Source of the DNA: Alphaproteobacteria bacterium
GTDB taxonomy: Bacteria; Pseudomonadota; Alphaproteobacteria; GCA-2731375
Length of the DNA: 64,000 nucleotides
Assembly (NCBI GenBank): GCA_965232515.1
Contig: CBDDPY010000002.1
Location: forward strand, 3,424,001-3,488,000
Reading direction: 5' to 3'
The notes beneath the pieces are model-generated. The model ran no database searches. It was not told the origin of the DNA and worked only from the letters and a program-made list of their open reading frames with translations. This document shows, in pieces, positions 1 through 7,942 of the stretch. The position numbers were made by a program, and so were the translations under genes. Every line of letters starts with the position of its first letter. The first letter of the stretch is position 1.

Positions 1-792
1 GGCGCGCCAGAGGCAGTGCTTGATCGGCGCCGGGCTGGGCTCGGCGAACAGCAGGCGGGCGAGATCGACGAGGTCGCGCCACAGGCGCAGCGCGCCCGGC
101 TGATCGCCGGCGATCAACGCGTCGCGGACGGCGGCGAAGGCCGCGGTCTCGATATGGGCCGAGGCGAGAATGCCACCGTCGGCGCCCTGGGTGAGCGCCG
201 TATAGAACAGGGCGTCCTCGCCGGTCAGCACGCTGAATCCGGGCGGCCGGTCGCGCAGCAGGTCGAAGGACTGCGCCGCGTTCACGCAGCAGTCCTTGAC
301 GCCGACGATATTCGGGAGCTCGGCCAGGCGCAGCAGTGTCTCGTTCGCGAGGTTGACGCCGGTGCGGTAGGGGATGTTGTAGAGCACGACCGGACGGTCG
401 GTGCGGCCGGCGAGCGTGGCGAAGTGGCGGTAGAGGCCTTCCTGCGGCGGCCGGCTGTAGTAGGGACAGGTGATGAGATAGCCGTCGACCGGCCAGGTCT
501 CGGCGCGGTCGAGCGCCGCGGTCAGCCGGCGGGTATCGCTGCCGGAGAGGCCGAGGAACACCGGCCGCCGGCCGTTCACCGTCTCCGTTGCGATGGCGGC
601 CAGGCGCTCGGTCTCGGCGTCGTCGATGGTGAGGCCCTCGCCCGTGGTCGCGGCCATGATGAAACCGTCGACCGGCTGGTCGAGGTAGTGCGCGATCAGG
701 CGCGTGAGCGAGGTTTCGTCAAGACGTCCGTCGTTGAACGGCGTGATCAGCGGCAGCCAGAGGCCCTGTATCGGTGTGGTTTGCTGTTGCAT
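1..792 (-). CDS. dapA: 4-hydroxy-tetrahydrodipicolinate synthase (DapA) family protein, 3' end runs off the window
   Basis: Not in the ORF track. Manual translation from ATG at 792 gives MQQQTTPIQGLWLPLITPF...AATTGE...CPYYSRP...LYNIPYRTG...IVGVKDC, containing the TT, Tyr, Tyr and Schiff-base Lys motifs of DapA. GGAG RBS upstream. May be a paralogue rather than the housekeeping copy. Confidence 0.85.
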   Translation of the reverse strand, partial: MQQQTTPIQGLWLPLITPFNDGRLDETSLTRLIAHYLDQPVDGFIMAATTGEGLTIDDAETERLAAIATETVNGRRPVFLGLSGSDTRRLTAALDRAETWPVDGYLITCPYYSRPPQEGLYRHFATLAGRTDRPVVLYNIPYRTGVNLANETLLRLAELPNIVGVKDCCVNAAQSFDLLRDRPPGFSVLTGEDALFYTALTQGADGGILASAHIETAAFAAVRDALIAGDQPGALRLWRDLVDLARLLFAEPSPAPIKHCLWRA

Positions 793-836
793 GTGTCTGC
801 TCCGGTTTGCGGCGCTGCCGGCGGAACGGACACTCG

Positions 837-871
837 AAAAAAGAAACGGCCCCGTCCGGTCCGGCGGGGCC
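837..871 (-). terminator. Intrinsic terminator in the dapA leader (attenuator terminator)
   Basis: Minus strand reads GGCCCCG-CCGGACCGGA-CGGGGCC-GTTTCTTTTTT, about 45 nt upstream of the dapA start codon. Confidence 0.8.
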
Positions 872-897
872 TGTCGATGGTCGATGCGCCTATCGGC

Positions 898-975
898 TTA
901 GCGCGCGCAGAAACCTTCCGTCCCCGGGATGAGGAACGTTTTCAGTTTCAACGTCGTGGCGGGCCGATACCGCAT
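898..975 (-). CDS. Putative leader peptide MRYRPATTLKLKTFLIPGTEGFCAR (25 aa)
   Basis: ATG at 975 to TAA at 898-900. Contains ACG ACG TTG AAA CTG AAA ACG. Lies between a promoter-like motif and the terminator. Confidence 0.65.
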   Translation of the reverse strand: MRYRPATTLKLKTFLIPGTEGFCAR

Positions 976-981
976 GGCCGC

Positions 982-1009
982 ATTCTCGCGGCATGCCGTG
1001 GAAAGTCAA
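982..1009 (-). promoter_or_regulatory. Putative sigma70 promoter for the dapA leader
   Basis: TTGACT-N16-GAGAAT followed by 6 nt and then the leader ATG, which implies a leaderless start. Confidence 0.55.
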
Positions 1010-1013
1010 TCGA

Positions 1014-2120
1014 CTAGACGGTGGCGCCGTAATCCGCCGGCAGGGCGACGTGCAGCAGCTCCAGATCGCCGCTGTCGCTGTTGAGCGCGTAAGTCATGTC
1101 GGCGGGAATCACAAAGGCGTCGCCGGGCGCCAACGCCTGCGGGTCGTCGCCGTCAGCGCTGAGCGTCGCGGCGCCGGTCAACACGAAGCCGAACAGGAAT
1201 TCAGCCGCGTGGCGGTGCGGCGGCAAGCCGCCGCCGGACGGGAAGCGGACCACACGCACATCGGCGAGGCCGTCGGTCGCGGCCGAGATGCCGATGTCGC
1301 GGGTTTCCGTGCCGTCGAAGCGCCAGGGACGCCACGTGGCGGTCGCGGCCTGGTGGCGGACGAAGCGCTGTCCGCCGAAGTCGCGGTCGGGCTTGACCAA
1401 AGATGTCGGCAGTTCGAGCGCGTGGTCGGCGCAGGTCAGGTGCTCGGCCGGGCAGCCGATCTCGACCACTTCCAGGCCGGGGGAGCATTCGACGACGCGG
1501 TGGCGGATCTCGGGCGGCTGCAGCACGCAGTCGCCGGCGAACATGCGGAACAGCGGCCCCTGATCCTCGTAGAGCAGATCGACCCAGCCCTTGTAGCAGT
1601 AGATCATCTGAAAGCGGATCTTGTGGAAGTGCACCATGTCGGGCACCGGGCCGCCGTCGGGGATGCGGATATGCGAGGCGATGAAGCGCCCGCCCTGACG
1701 GTCGGGAATGAGATCGCGGTACTGCATGCCGGCGCGACCGACGCCCCAGGCATCGGCGCCGTCGGTCATGCGGGTGACCACAAGGGATGGCGCCGGCGGC
1801 GGCAGGTCGAGCGGCGGGTCGGCGGCGACCAGCTCGATGCGCGTGCCGTTCGGCGCGGTCAGCGTCGGCGCGCCGTCAGCGAGATCGGACGGATTACCGC
1901 AATGCAGGCGGATCACGCCCGGCGCGCATTCGGCATCGCGGTCGAGACGCAGGCGCAAACCGTGGCCGGACAGCACGGCGACAGCCGGATCGTCGGCCGG
2001 AAAGACCACGTCGAGACGGAAGCCGAGACGCTCGCGGAAAAAGGCCAGCGTCTCGTCAAGGACGACGCACGGCAGCACGACTTCGGCCGCCGCGATTCCT
2101 CGGTCATCGGTTTCCGTCAC
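1014..2120 (-). CDS. VOC/glyoxalase-like N-terminal domain fused to two cupin domains
   Basis: N-terminal LDETLAFFRERLGF; cupin motifs VHFH...FQMIYCYKGWV...GDCVLQPPEIRH and PHRH...FGFVLTGAA...GDAFVIPADM. AGGAG RBS, GTG start. Confidence 0.75.
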   Translation of the reverse strand: MTETDDRGIAAAEVVLPCVVLDETLAFFRERLGFRLDVVFPADDPAVAVLSGHGLRLRLDRDAECAPGVIRLHCGNPSDLADGAPTLTAPNGTRIELVAADPPLDLPPPAPSLVVTRMTDGADAWGVGRAGMQYRDLIPDRQGGRFIASHIRIPDGGPVPDMVHFHKIRFQMIYCYKGWVDLLYEDQGPLFRMFAGDCVLQPPEIRHRVVECSPGLEVVEIGCPAEHLTCADHALELPTSLVKPDRDFGGQRFVRHQAATATWRPWRFDGTETRDIGISAATDGLADVRVVRFPSGGGLPPHRHAAEFLFGFVLTGAATLSADGDDPQALAPGDAFVIPADMTYALNSDSGDLELLHVALPADYGATV

Positions 2121-2148
2121 GTCAGTCCGGTCTCCTGCGCCGTTTCAA

Positions 2149-2589
2149 CTAACAGGTAACAACACTGTCCGCCGGCGTCACGCCGGCCGCCGCCCGGCGC
2201 ATGATACCGGAAATCGTGCCGTAGGCCGCGGTCCAAGCGGCTTCCGTTTCCGACGTCCAGGAGTCGCCCAGCCCGCGCTTCAGCGTCCAGAGCAGCGCGG
2301 CGCCGACCGTGTCGTAGTGCGCGCCGGTCACGCCGTAGCCGACATGGCGGCGGCCCAGATCCTCGATGGTCGGCACCAGGATCTCAAGATAGTCCAGGTT
2401 CTGCACGACGTGGGCGAGCGTCGCCACCAGCTTGTCGCGCTGCGCCGCCATGTCGGTCTCGCGGAACAGATCGCGGAGATCCGGATCGATCTCGAACAGC
2501 CGGTCGTAAAACAGCATGGCCGCGGTATCGGCGATGGGGGTCACCTGGTCCCAGGTCTCGCGTACGAGGCGTTTCTGATCGGGGGTCAT
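2149..2589 (-). CDS. Single-domain globin (flavohaemoglobin-type globin fold, Bjgb/Vgb-like), copy 1
   Basis: LFYDRLFEIDP (B10 Tyr), RDLF (CD1 Phe), AAQRDKL (E7 Gln), LGRRHVGYGV (F8 His), VGAALLWTL, AWTAAY. GAGGAGG RBS. Confidence 0.92.
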   Translation of the reverse strand: MTPDQKRLVRETWDQVTPIADTAAMLFYDRLFEIDPDLRDLFRETDMAAQRDKLVATLAHVVQNLDYLEILVPTIEDLGRRHVGYGVTGAHYDTVGAALLWTLKRGLGDSWTSETEAAWTAAYGTISGIMRRAAAGVTPADSVVTC

Positions 2590-2617
2590 GTCGAAGCCCT
2601 CCTCTTATCGGCTGATG

Positions 2618-2836
2618 TCAGCGTTCGGCCTGCGCCTGAGCCGGCGCGTCGAGCCAGAAAAACTGCTTCACGGCGCGTTTGAGCCGGCGGAACAGACCGC
2701 CAAACAGGTCGTGCGCGGCGCGCGAGCGTTCGACGCGGGCCCGGCGATCGCCGTCGCGCAACAGCGCATCCCATTGCGCCGGGTTAAGCGATCGGACGTC
2801 GATCTTCCCGAGATCGAACTCATCATCGGCTTGCAT
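2618..2836 (-). CDS. Small Arg-rich hypothetical protein (72 aa), first gene of the globin operon
   Basis: Strong AGGAGG RBS. Ends 28 nt before the globin start. Amphipathic RRARVERSRAAHDLFGGLFRRL segment. Confidence 0.65.
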   Translation of the reverse strand: MQADDEFDLGKIDVRSLNPAQWDALLRDGDRRARVERSRAAHDLFGGLFRRLKRAVKQFFWLDAPAQAQAER

Positions 2837-2905
2837 CCCAGATCCTCCTTCTTGGGTTGTCCGTGGCCTCGCCAGCGGATGGGGAGGATTTAGCGGTTGC
2901 CGAAC

Positions 2906-2920
2906 TTCATGAAAAATGAA
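2906..2920. promoter_or_regulatory. LysR-type binding box
   Basis: TTCA-TGAAAAA-TGAA dyad with a T-N11-A core, in the AT-rich divergent region between the globin operon and the LysR gene. Confidence 0.6.
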
Positions 2921-2954
2921 TAATTAAGATGATTTCGTTCTCTTGGAGAGATTT

Positions 2955-3848
2955 ATGGACCTGTCGGATCTGCGCATCTTCCGCGCCGTCGTCGAGGCCG
3001 GCGGCATCACCGCCGCCGCGCGCCAGCTGCATCGCGTGCAGTCGAACGTCACGACGCGGGTGCGACAGCTGGAAGAGAACCTGGGCGTCGAGCTGTTCAT
3101 CCGCGAGGGCAAGAAGCTGCATTTGTCACCGGCGGGTCAGGTGCTGCTCGATTATGCCGACCGGCTGCTGACGCTGGCCGAGGAGGCCCGCAACGCGGTG
3201 CAGGACCCGAGCCCGCGCGGCCTGTTTCGGCTGGGCGGCATGGAGAGCACGGCCGCGGTGCGGCTGCCGGGGCCGCTCAGCACCTATCACCAGCGCTATC
3301 CGGAGGTGGAGCTGGAATTCCGCGACAGCAACCCGGTGCAGCTCGCAACCTGGGTTTTGGCGGGCGAACTCGATGCCGCATTCGTGGCGGAGCCCGTCCC
3401 CGATGCACCGTTCGAGAAGGCGCATGCGTTCGATGAGGAACTGGTGATCGTCGCATCGGCGCAGCAACAGCCAATCGACGTGGCCGATGACACGCCGCAG
3501 ACGATCGTCGCCTTCGAAAACGGTTGTCCCTATCGCAAGCGGTTGGAGACCTGGTACGAGGGACGCGGCGATATGCCGGTGCGCACCATCGAGATCTCGT
3601 CCTATCACGTGATGCTCGGCTGCGTCGCCGCCGGCATGGGCATGTCGATGTTGCCGCGCAGCGTGCTGAGCGCCTTTCCCGGACGAGACCGTCTCAGCGT
3701 CCACGCGCTGCCGTCGGGGCAGGAACGCGCGGAAATCGTGCTGATCTGGCGCAAGGGCGCCAATTCGCCGAAGATCGCCGCCCTGCTCGATATCCTGAAA
3801 GAGAACCAGGGCGACGATAAATCCAGCCTGGCCGTGACGGCCGCGTGA
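2955..3848 (+). CDS. LysR-family transcriptional regulator (YneJ/PtrR-like)
   Basis: MDLSDLRIFRAVVEAGGITAAARQLHRVQSNVTTRVRQLEE HTH, GMESTAAVRLP, GCPYRKRLE. GGAG before ATG 2955. Confidence 0.93.
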   Translation: MDLSDLRIFRAVVEAGGITAAARQLHRVQSNVTTRVRQLEENLGVELFIREGKKLHLSPAGQVLLDYADRLLTLAEEARNAVQDPSPRGLFRLGGMESTAAVRLPGPLSTYHQRYPEVELEFRDSNPVQLATWVLAGELDAAFVAEPVPDAPFEKAHAFDEELVIVASAQQQPIDVADDTPQTIVAFENGCPYRKRLETWYEGRGDMPVRTIEISSYHVMLGCVAAGMGMSMLPRSVLSAFPGRDRLSVHALPSGQERAEIVLIWRKGANSPKIAALLDILKENQGDDKSSLAVTAA

Positions 3849-3849
3849 C

Positions 3850-4296
3850 TTAAGGCCGGTTGTCGTTCGACGTTTCGTAGACGGGTTCGGCCGACGCCGC
3901 GTCGCGCATGATGTCGGCAACCGTCGTGTAGGCGTCCGTCCAGGCCAATTCCGCTTCCGGTGTCCAGGCCGCGCCCAAGCCCTGCGCCAAGGTCCAAAGC
4001 AGCGCCTGGCCAACGGTGTCGTACTGCGCATCGGTGACGCCGTAGCCCACATGTCGGCGACCAAGGTCCTCGATCGCCGGCACCATCGACTCGAGGTCGT
4101 CCAGATTGTCGACGACGGCGCTGAGCGTCGCCATCAGCTTTTCGCGCTGCGCCGCCATGTCCGTGTCTTTGAACAGCGGCCGTGCGCTGGGATCGACTTC
4201 GAACAAGCGGTCATAAAACAGCCGGGCCGCCGTATCGGCGATCGGCGTCACCAGCGCCCAGGTCTCGCGCAGAATGCGTTTCTGCTCTGGCGTCAT
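3850..4296 (-). CDS. Single-domain globin, copy 2
   Basis: Same motifs as copy 1 (LFYDRLFEVDP, TDMAAQREKL, IEDLGRRHVGYGVT, VGQALLWTL). GGAG RBS. Confidence 0.92.
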   Translation of the reverse strand: MTPEQKRILRETWALVTPIADTAARLFYDRLFEVDPSARPLFKDTDMAAQREKLMATLSAVVDNLDDLESMVPAIEDLGRRHVGYGVTDAQYDTVGQALLWTLAQGLGAAWTPEAELAWTDAYTTVADIMRDAASAEPVYETSNDNRP

Positions 4297-4459
4297 GTCG
4301 GATCACTCCATGTCTTGTGCGGTGCGTCCGCACAGGGAACGCGATCAGACGTGCACGGGTCGTGCACCAACGATGGGACGCTTCGATGGCAACCGCCCAG
4401 CACATCGACAACGCATGTTCGAGACTAAGCTTCGGCGCTCGGACGGCTTGTGAACGGCG

Positions 4460-5056
4460 TCACGCCGCCCGCGTGCAGAAATAACGGCCGTTCGACCGGT
4501 CGGCCGCGGTGGTTGTCGTGGCCTCGGCGAAGCCCGCGGCCAGAGCCTGCGCCTCGATCTCGGCCGGCCGGTAATGGCGTGCGCCGTCGGGTGGGGTTTC
4601 GTTGTAGCACAGCACCAAGCGGCCGCCGGCGGCCAGCACTCGACGGCATTCGCGCAACACGGCCGGCGTGTCGGGCCAAAAGTAGATGACGTTGACGGCA
4701 CAGACATGACTGAAGGCGCCATCCGCGAAGGGCATGACGGCGGCGTCACCCCGGTGCAGTTCCACGGCGCCGGCGTCGATGGCGCGGCGAAACCGCCGGC
4801 GGCCCGCGACGACGGCGGTGGCCGAATGTTCCAGGCCGACGATGCGCGGCGGCGCGGCCTGCGCCAGCAGGCGCTTGATCAGATCGCCGCCGCCGAAGCC
4901 GATCTCGAGTACGCGGTCGTCTGGCCTGGCCTGCAGAGTCTGCAGCGCCAGCCGGTTCATGCCGGCGTTGGACCAGTTCAGCATGTGCAGCAACAACCGG
5001 CCGCCGAAGCCGCTGGGATGGCCGAGCTGCCGGACGATACCCCGGCCCTGACTCAT
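4460..5056 (-). CDS. Class I SAM-dependent methyltransferase
   Basis: VLEIGFGGG motif I, GDAAVMPFADGAF, AVNVIYFW, RVLAAGGRL. Confidence 0.88.
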   Translation of the reverse strand: MSQGRGIVRQLGHPSGFGGRLLLHMLNWSNAGMNRLALQTLQARPDDRVLEIGFGGGDLIKRLLAQAAPPRIVGLEHSATAVVAGRRRFRRAIDAGAVELHRGDAAVMPFADGAFSHVCAVNVIYFWPDTPAVLRECRRVLAAGGRLVLCYNETPPDGARHYRPAEIEAQALAAGFAEATTTTAADRSNGRYFCTRAA

Positions 5057-5084
5057 GCCGCGAAATGGACTGAATGCGAGGCGA

Positions 5085-6053
5085 TCAGTCCAGGTGCCGC
5101 AGGTATTGCTGCACGAAGTCGACGCCGACGCGGGCGATGAAGGCGTCGGTCAGGCGCCTGGTGACGGGGCCGGGCACGCCACCGCTGTCCATCGCGACGC
5201 CGGAGACGCTGCGCACCGGGCAGATGCAGAAGCTGGTGGACGTGATGAAAGCCTCGTCGGCGTTGTAGGCATCGTAGGGCGCGATGTCGGCCTGCTCGTA
5301 CGGAATGCCGAGATCGTCGGCCAGCTCGAACACCGTGTCGCGGGTGACGCCGGCGAGCACGTAGTCGTCGCGTGGCGTGACCAGCGCGCCGTCGATCACG
5401 AAGAAGATGTTCGAGCCCATGCCTTCGGCGAAATGGCCGTTCTCGTCGAGCAGGATGGCCCAGGGATGGCGGCCGTCGCCGGCTTGGTGCTGGCGGCGGA
5501 TCTCCTCGTCGCCGAGGATCAGGTTCAGATAGTTGTGGGTCTTGGCGCGCGGCGAGAAGGCCTCGGGGCTGGCCCGGCGCACGGACGGCACCATCACGTC
5601 GATACCGTCGCGGAACAGCGGCGCACGTGGTTTGAACGGCAGCGGCGTGCATTCGACGATGACGGTCGGCCCGGTCGATTCATGGATGTCGCCGGCCGGG
5701 ATGTCGGTCCCGCGGGAGATGCGCTGCGAGACCCAGTAATCCTCGTGATCGTCGATCAGGTGCAGATTGCGCTCCAGCACGTCCAGCGTGATGTCGCGGA
5801 ACGCGTCCTTGCTCATGGGCGGCGGGATCTGCAGGTAGCGCAGGGTGCGGTAGAAACGGTCGAGATGCTCGTCGAGCTTGAACAGCTTGTGCGCGAAGGT
5901 GCGGCTGGTGTCGAAGGCGCCGTCGCCGAACTTGAAGCTGCGGTCGCGAAACGACACCACGGCGCGGCTCTCGGGCACGATCTCGCCGTTGAAGTAAGCG
6001 ACACGTTCGTTCGCGCGGCTCTCGGATGCAGTGTTCGTCGACGCGGCCATCAC
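5085..6053 (-). CDS. Class IV PLP-dependent aminotransferase (branched-chain/D-amino acid type)
   Basis: DRSFKFGDGAFD, EHLDRF, AKTHNYL (catalytic Lys), EGMGSNIF, LAGVTR, ADEAFITST. Confidence 0.9.
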   Translation of the reverse strand: MMAASTNTASESRANERVAYFNGEIVPESRAVVSFRDRSFKFGDGAFDTSRTFAHKLFKLDEHLDRFYRTLRYLQIPPPMSKDAFRDITLDVLERNLHLIDDHEDYWVSQRISRGTDIPAGDIHESTGPTVIVECTPLPFKPRAPLFRDGIDVMVPSVRRASPEAFSPRAKTHNYLNLILGDEEIRRQHQAGDGRHPWAILLDENGHFAEGMGSNIFFVIDGALVTPRDDYVLAGVTRDTVFELADDLGIPYEQADIAPYDAYNADEAFITSTSFCICPVRSVSGVAMDSGGVPGPVTRRLTDAFIARVGVDFVQQYLRHLD

Positions 6054-6184
6054 CAGTCCTTTCCCGTTGTCGTGTCAGCCTGACACGACGCGTGAAACCG
6101 CCGCAAGGGCACAACGCCAACGGGAACGAAACAATTGTTGGCGGTGGCCGGCCGGCACCTCTAAACCAGACGGCATGACTGTTC

Positions 6185-7072
6185 ATGCCGGCAGTATTGA
6201 GCGCGATGAGTGACGCCGCGTGGCTGTTGGCGCTCGGGTCTGCCGGGTTTTTCGGGCTGGCCCTGGTGCTGACGCAGTTCGGATTGCGCCATCTGCCGCC
6301 GCTCGCCGGCACCATGGTCAGCATTCCGACGTCGGCATTGCTGTTCTGGGCCGCGGCGCCGTGGCTGTTGGATACGGCCGGCTGGCGGGTCGATGCCGCC
6401 GCCGTTTTCGCGGCCGTCGGACTGCTGTTCCCGGCGGCGGTGACGCTGCTGACCTTCGAGGCCAACCGGCGCATGGGCCCGAACGTCGCCGGCGCGCTCG
6501 GCAACCTGGCGCCCTTGTTCGCCGTGCTGTTCGCGGTGATCGCGCTCGGCGAACGGCCGGGACCGCTGCAGCTCGCCGGCATCGCCGCCATCGTCCTGGC
6601 CGTCACCGCGCTGTCGGCCGACCGGACCTGGCTGGCGGCGCGCTGGCCGATCTGGGCGGTCGCCCTGCCGCTCGCCGCCGCCGGCATCCGCGGCGCCATC
6701 CAGCCGACGGTCAAGCTCGGCCTGGCGCTGTGGCCATGCGCGTTTGCCGCCACGCTGATCGGCTACACCATCTCGGCCATGGTCATCGCCGGCGCGGTGA
6801 CGTTGCGCGCCAACGGCCGAACGCCGCAACTGGGCCGCGCCGGCGCCGCCTGGTTCGCCGCCGTGGGTCTGAGTAATGGCCTTGCCGTGCTGACCATGTA
6901 TGCCGCGCTGTCCCGCGGCTCCGTGACGCTGGTCTCGCCGCTGGTCGCGACCTACCCGCTCGTGACGCTGGCGCTGAGCGCCCTGCTCCTGCACGCGGCC
7001 CGCTTCAATCTGCAACTTTGCCTCGGCGTCGCCGTCACGGTCGCCGGTGTCGCGCTCCTGCTCGCCGGCTGA
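6185..7072 (+). CDS. DMT/EamA-family transporter
   Basis: About 10 hydrophobic helices in two repeats, GSVTLVSPLVATYPL. Start could be ATG 6206. Confidence 0.85.
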   Translation: MPAVLSAMSDAAWLLALGSAGFFGLALVLTQFGLRHLPPLAGTMVSIPTSALLFWAAAPWLLDTAGWRVDAAAVFAAVGLLFPAAVTLLTFEANRRMGPNVAGALGNLAPLFAVLFAVIALGERPGPLQLAGIAAIVLAVTALSADRTWLAARWPIWAVALPLAAAGIRGAIQPTVKLGLALWPCAFAATLIGYTISAMVIAGAVTLRANGRTPQLGRAGAAWFAAVGLSNGLAVLTMYAALSRGSVTLVSPLVATYPLVTLALSALLLHAARFNLQLCLGVAVTVAGVALLLAG

Positions 7073-7177
7073 GCTTGAGGTTGGCGTGCATCGGCGTTGC
7101 GCCGATCCGTTGCTTGTGCTGAAAACCCGGTGCGTAATCTGCAATCCCGAAGCCAGGGCGTTTGTCGCGCATTGCCG

Positions 7178-7801
7178 ATGGTCGAGTTGCGAACCTTTCA
7201 GGACCGGGACCTGGACAGTCTCTATGCCATATCGCTCGCCACCGGCCATATCGGCGGAGACGCCAGCGCGCTCTACGCGGACGGCCGAATGATGGGGCAC
7301 ATCTACTCGGCACCCTACGCGAAGCTGCGCCCGCACACCTGTTTCGTGGCCGAGGACGCGGCCGGCGTCGCCGGATTCATCGTCGGCGCCGTTGACACGC
7401 GGGCGTTCGAAGCCGAGCTGGAACGCGCTTGGTGGCCGCATCTGCGCGCCATCTATCCGGATCCGAGCGGCACGCCGCCATCGATCCGGACCGCCGACGA
7501 GCGCCGCTTTTTCATGATCCATCACCCGCGACGCACGCCCGATGAGATCACGGCGGCGTTCCCCGCGCATCTGCACATGAACCTGCTGCCGCGATTGCAG
7601 GGCCAGGGCGTCGGCCCGTCATTGCTCGAATTGTGGTTCGCAGAGGCGCGGGAACTCGGCGCGACCGGCGTGCATGTCGGATCGAACGCGCACAACCACG
7701 GTGCGGTGCGGTTCTGGCAGAAATGTGGCTTCGAACGCCTGCCGTCGCTGGCCTCGGATGGCAGGACGGCATGGCTCGGGCGACACCTCGATCAAGCCTG
7801 A
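7178..7801 (+). CDS. GNAT-family acetyltransferase
   Basis: CFVAEDAAGVAGFIVG, PAHLHMNLLPRLQGQGVG (AcCoA motif A), NHGAVRFWQKCGF. Confidence 0.85.
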   Translation: MVELRTFQDRDLDSLYAISLATGHIGGDASALYADGRMMGHIYSAPYAKLRPHTCFVAEDAAGVAGFIVGAVDTRAFEAELERAWWPHLRAIYPDPSGTPPSIRTADERRFFMIHHPRRTPDEITAAFPAHLHMNLLPRLQGQGVGPSLLELWFAEARELGATGVHVGSNAHNHGAVRFWQKCGFERLPSLASDGRTAWLGRHLDQA

Positions 7802-7942
7802 ACGGTTAACCGAACGATCCGCTGACGTTTTGCAGGTCTGTCGCGTCGGCATGATCGTGATCGTCGCCCTGTAACTGACAAACTGGCAGACTGTTGGTTT
7901 GGAAATACATGCCTGCCAGCAGGGATCGTGGGGAGATCAGCG

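Noticed and set aside
793-1013. Lysine riboswitch as the explanation for the dapA leader terminator
   Set aside because: I could not find the AGAGGNGC start or the long multi-helix L-box layout, and the space between promoter and terminator is too short. A leader-peptide model fits better. An Infernal search would settle it.
16-1017. 333-aa plus-strand ORF
   Set aside because: Antisense shadow of the dapA-family gene and its leader. It has no recognisable motifs, while the minus strand has clear DapA motifs.
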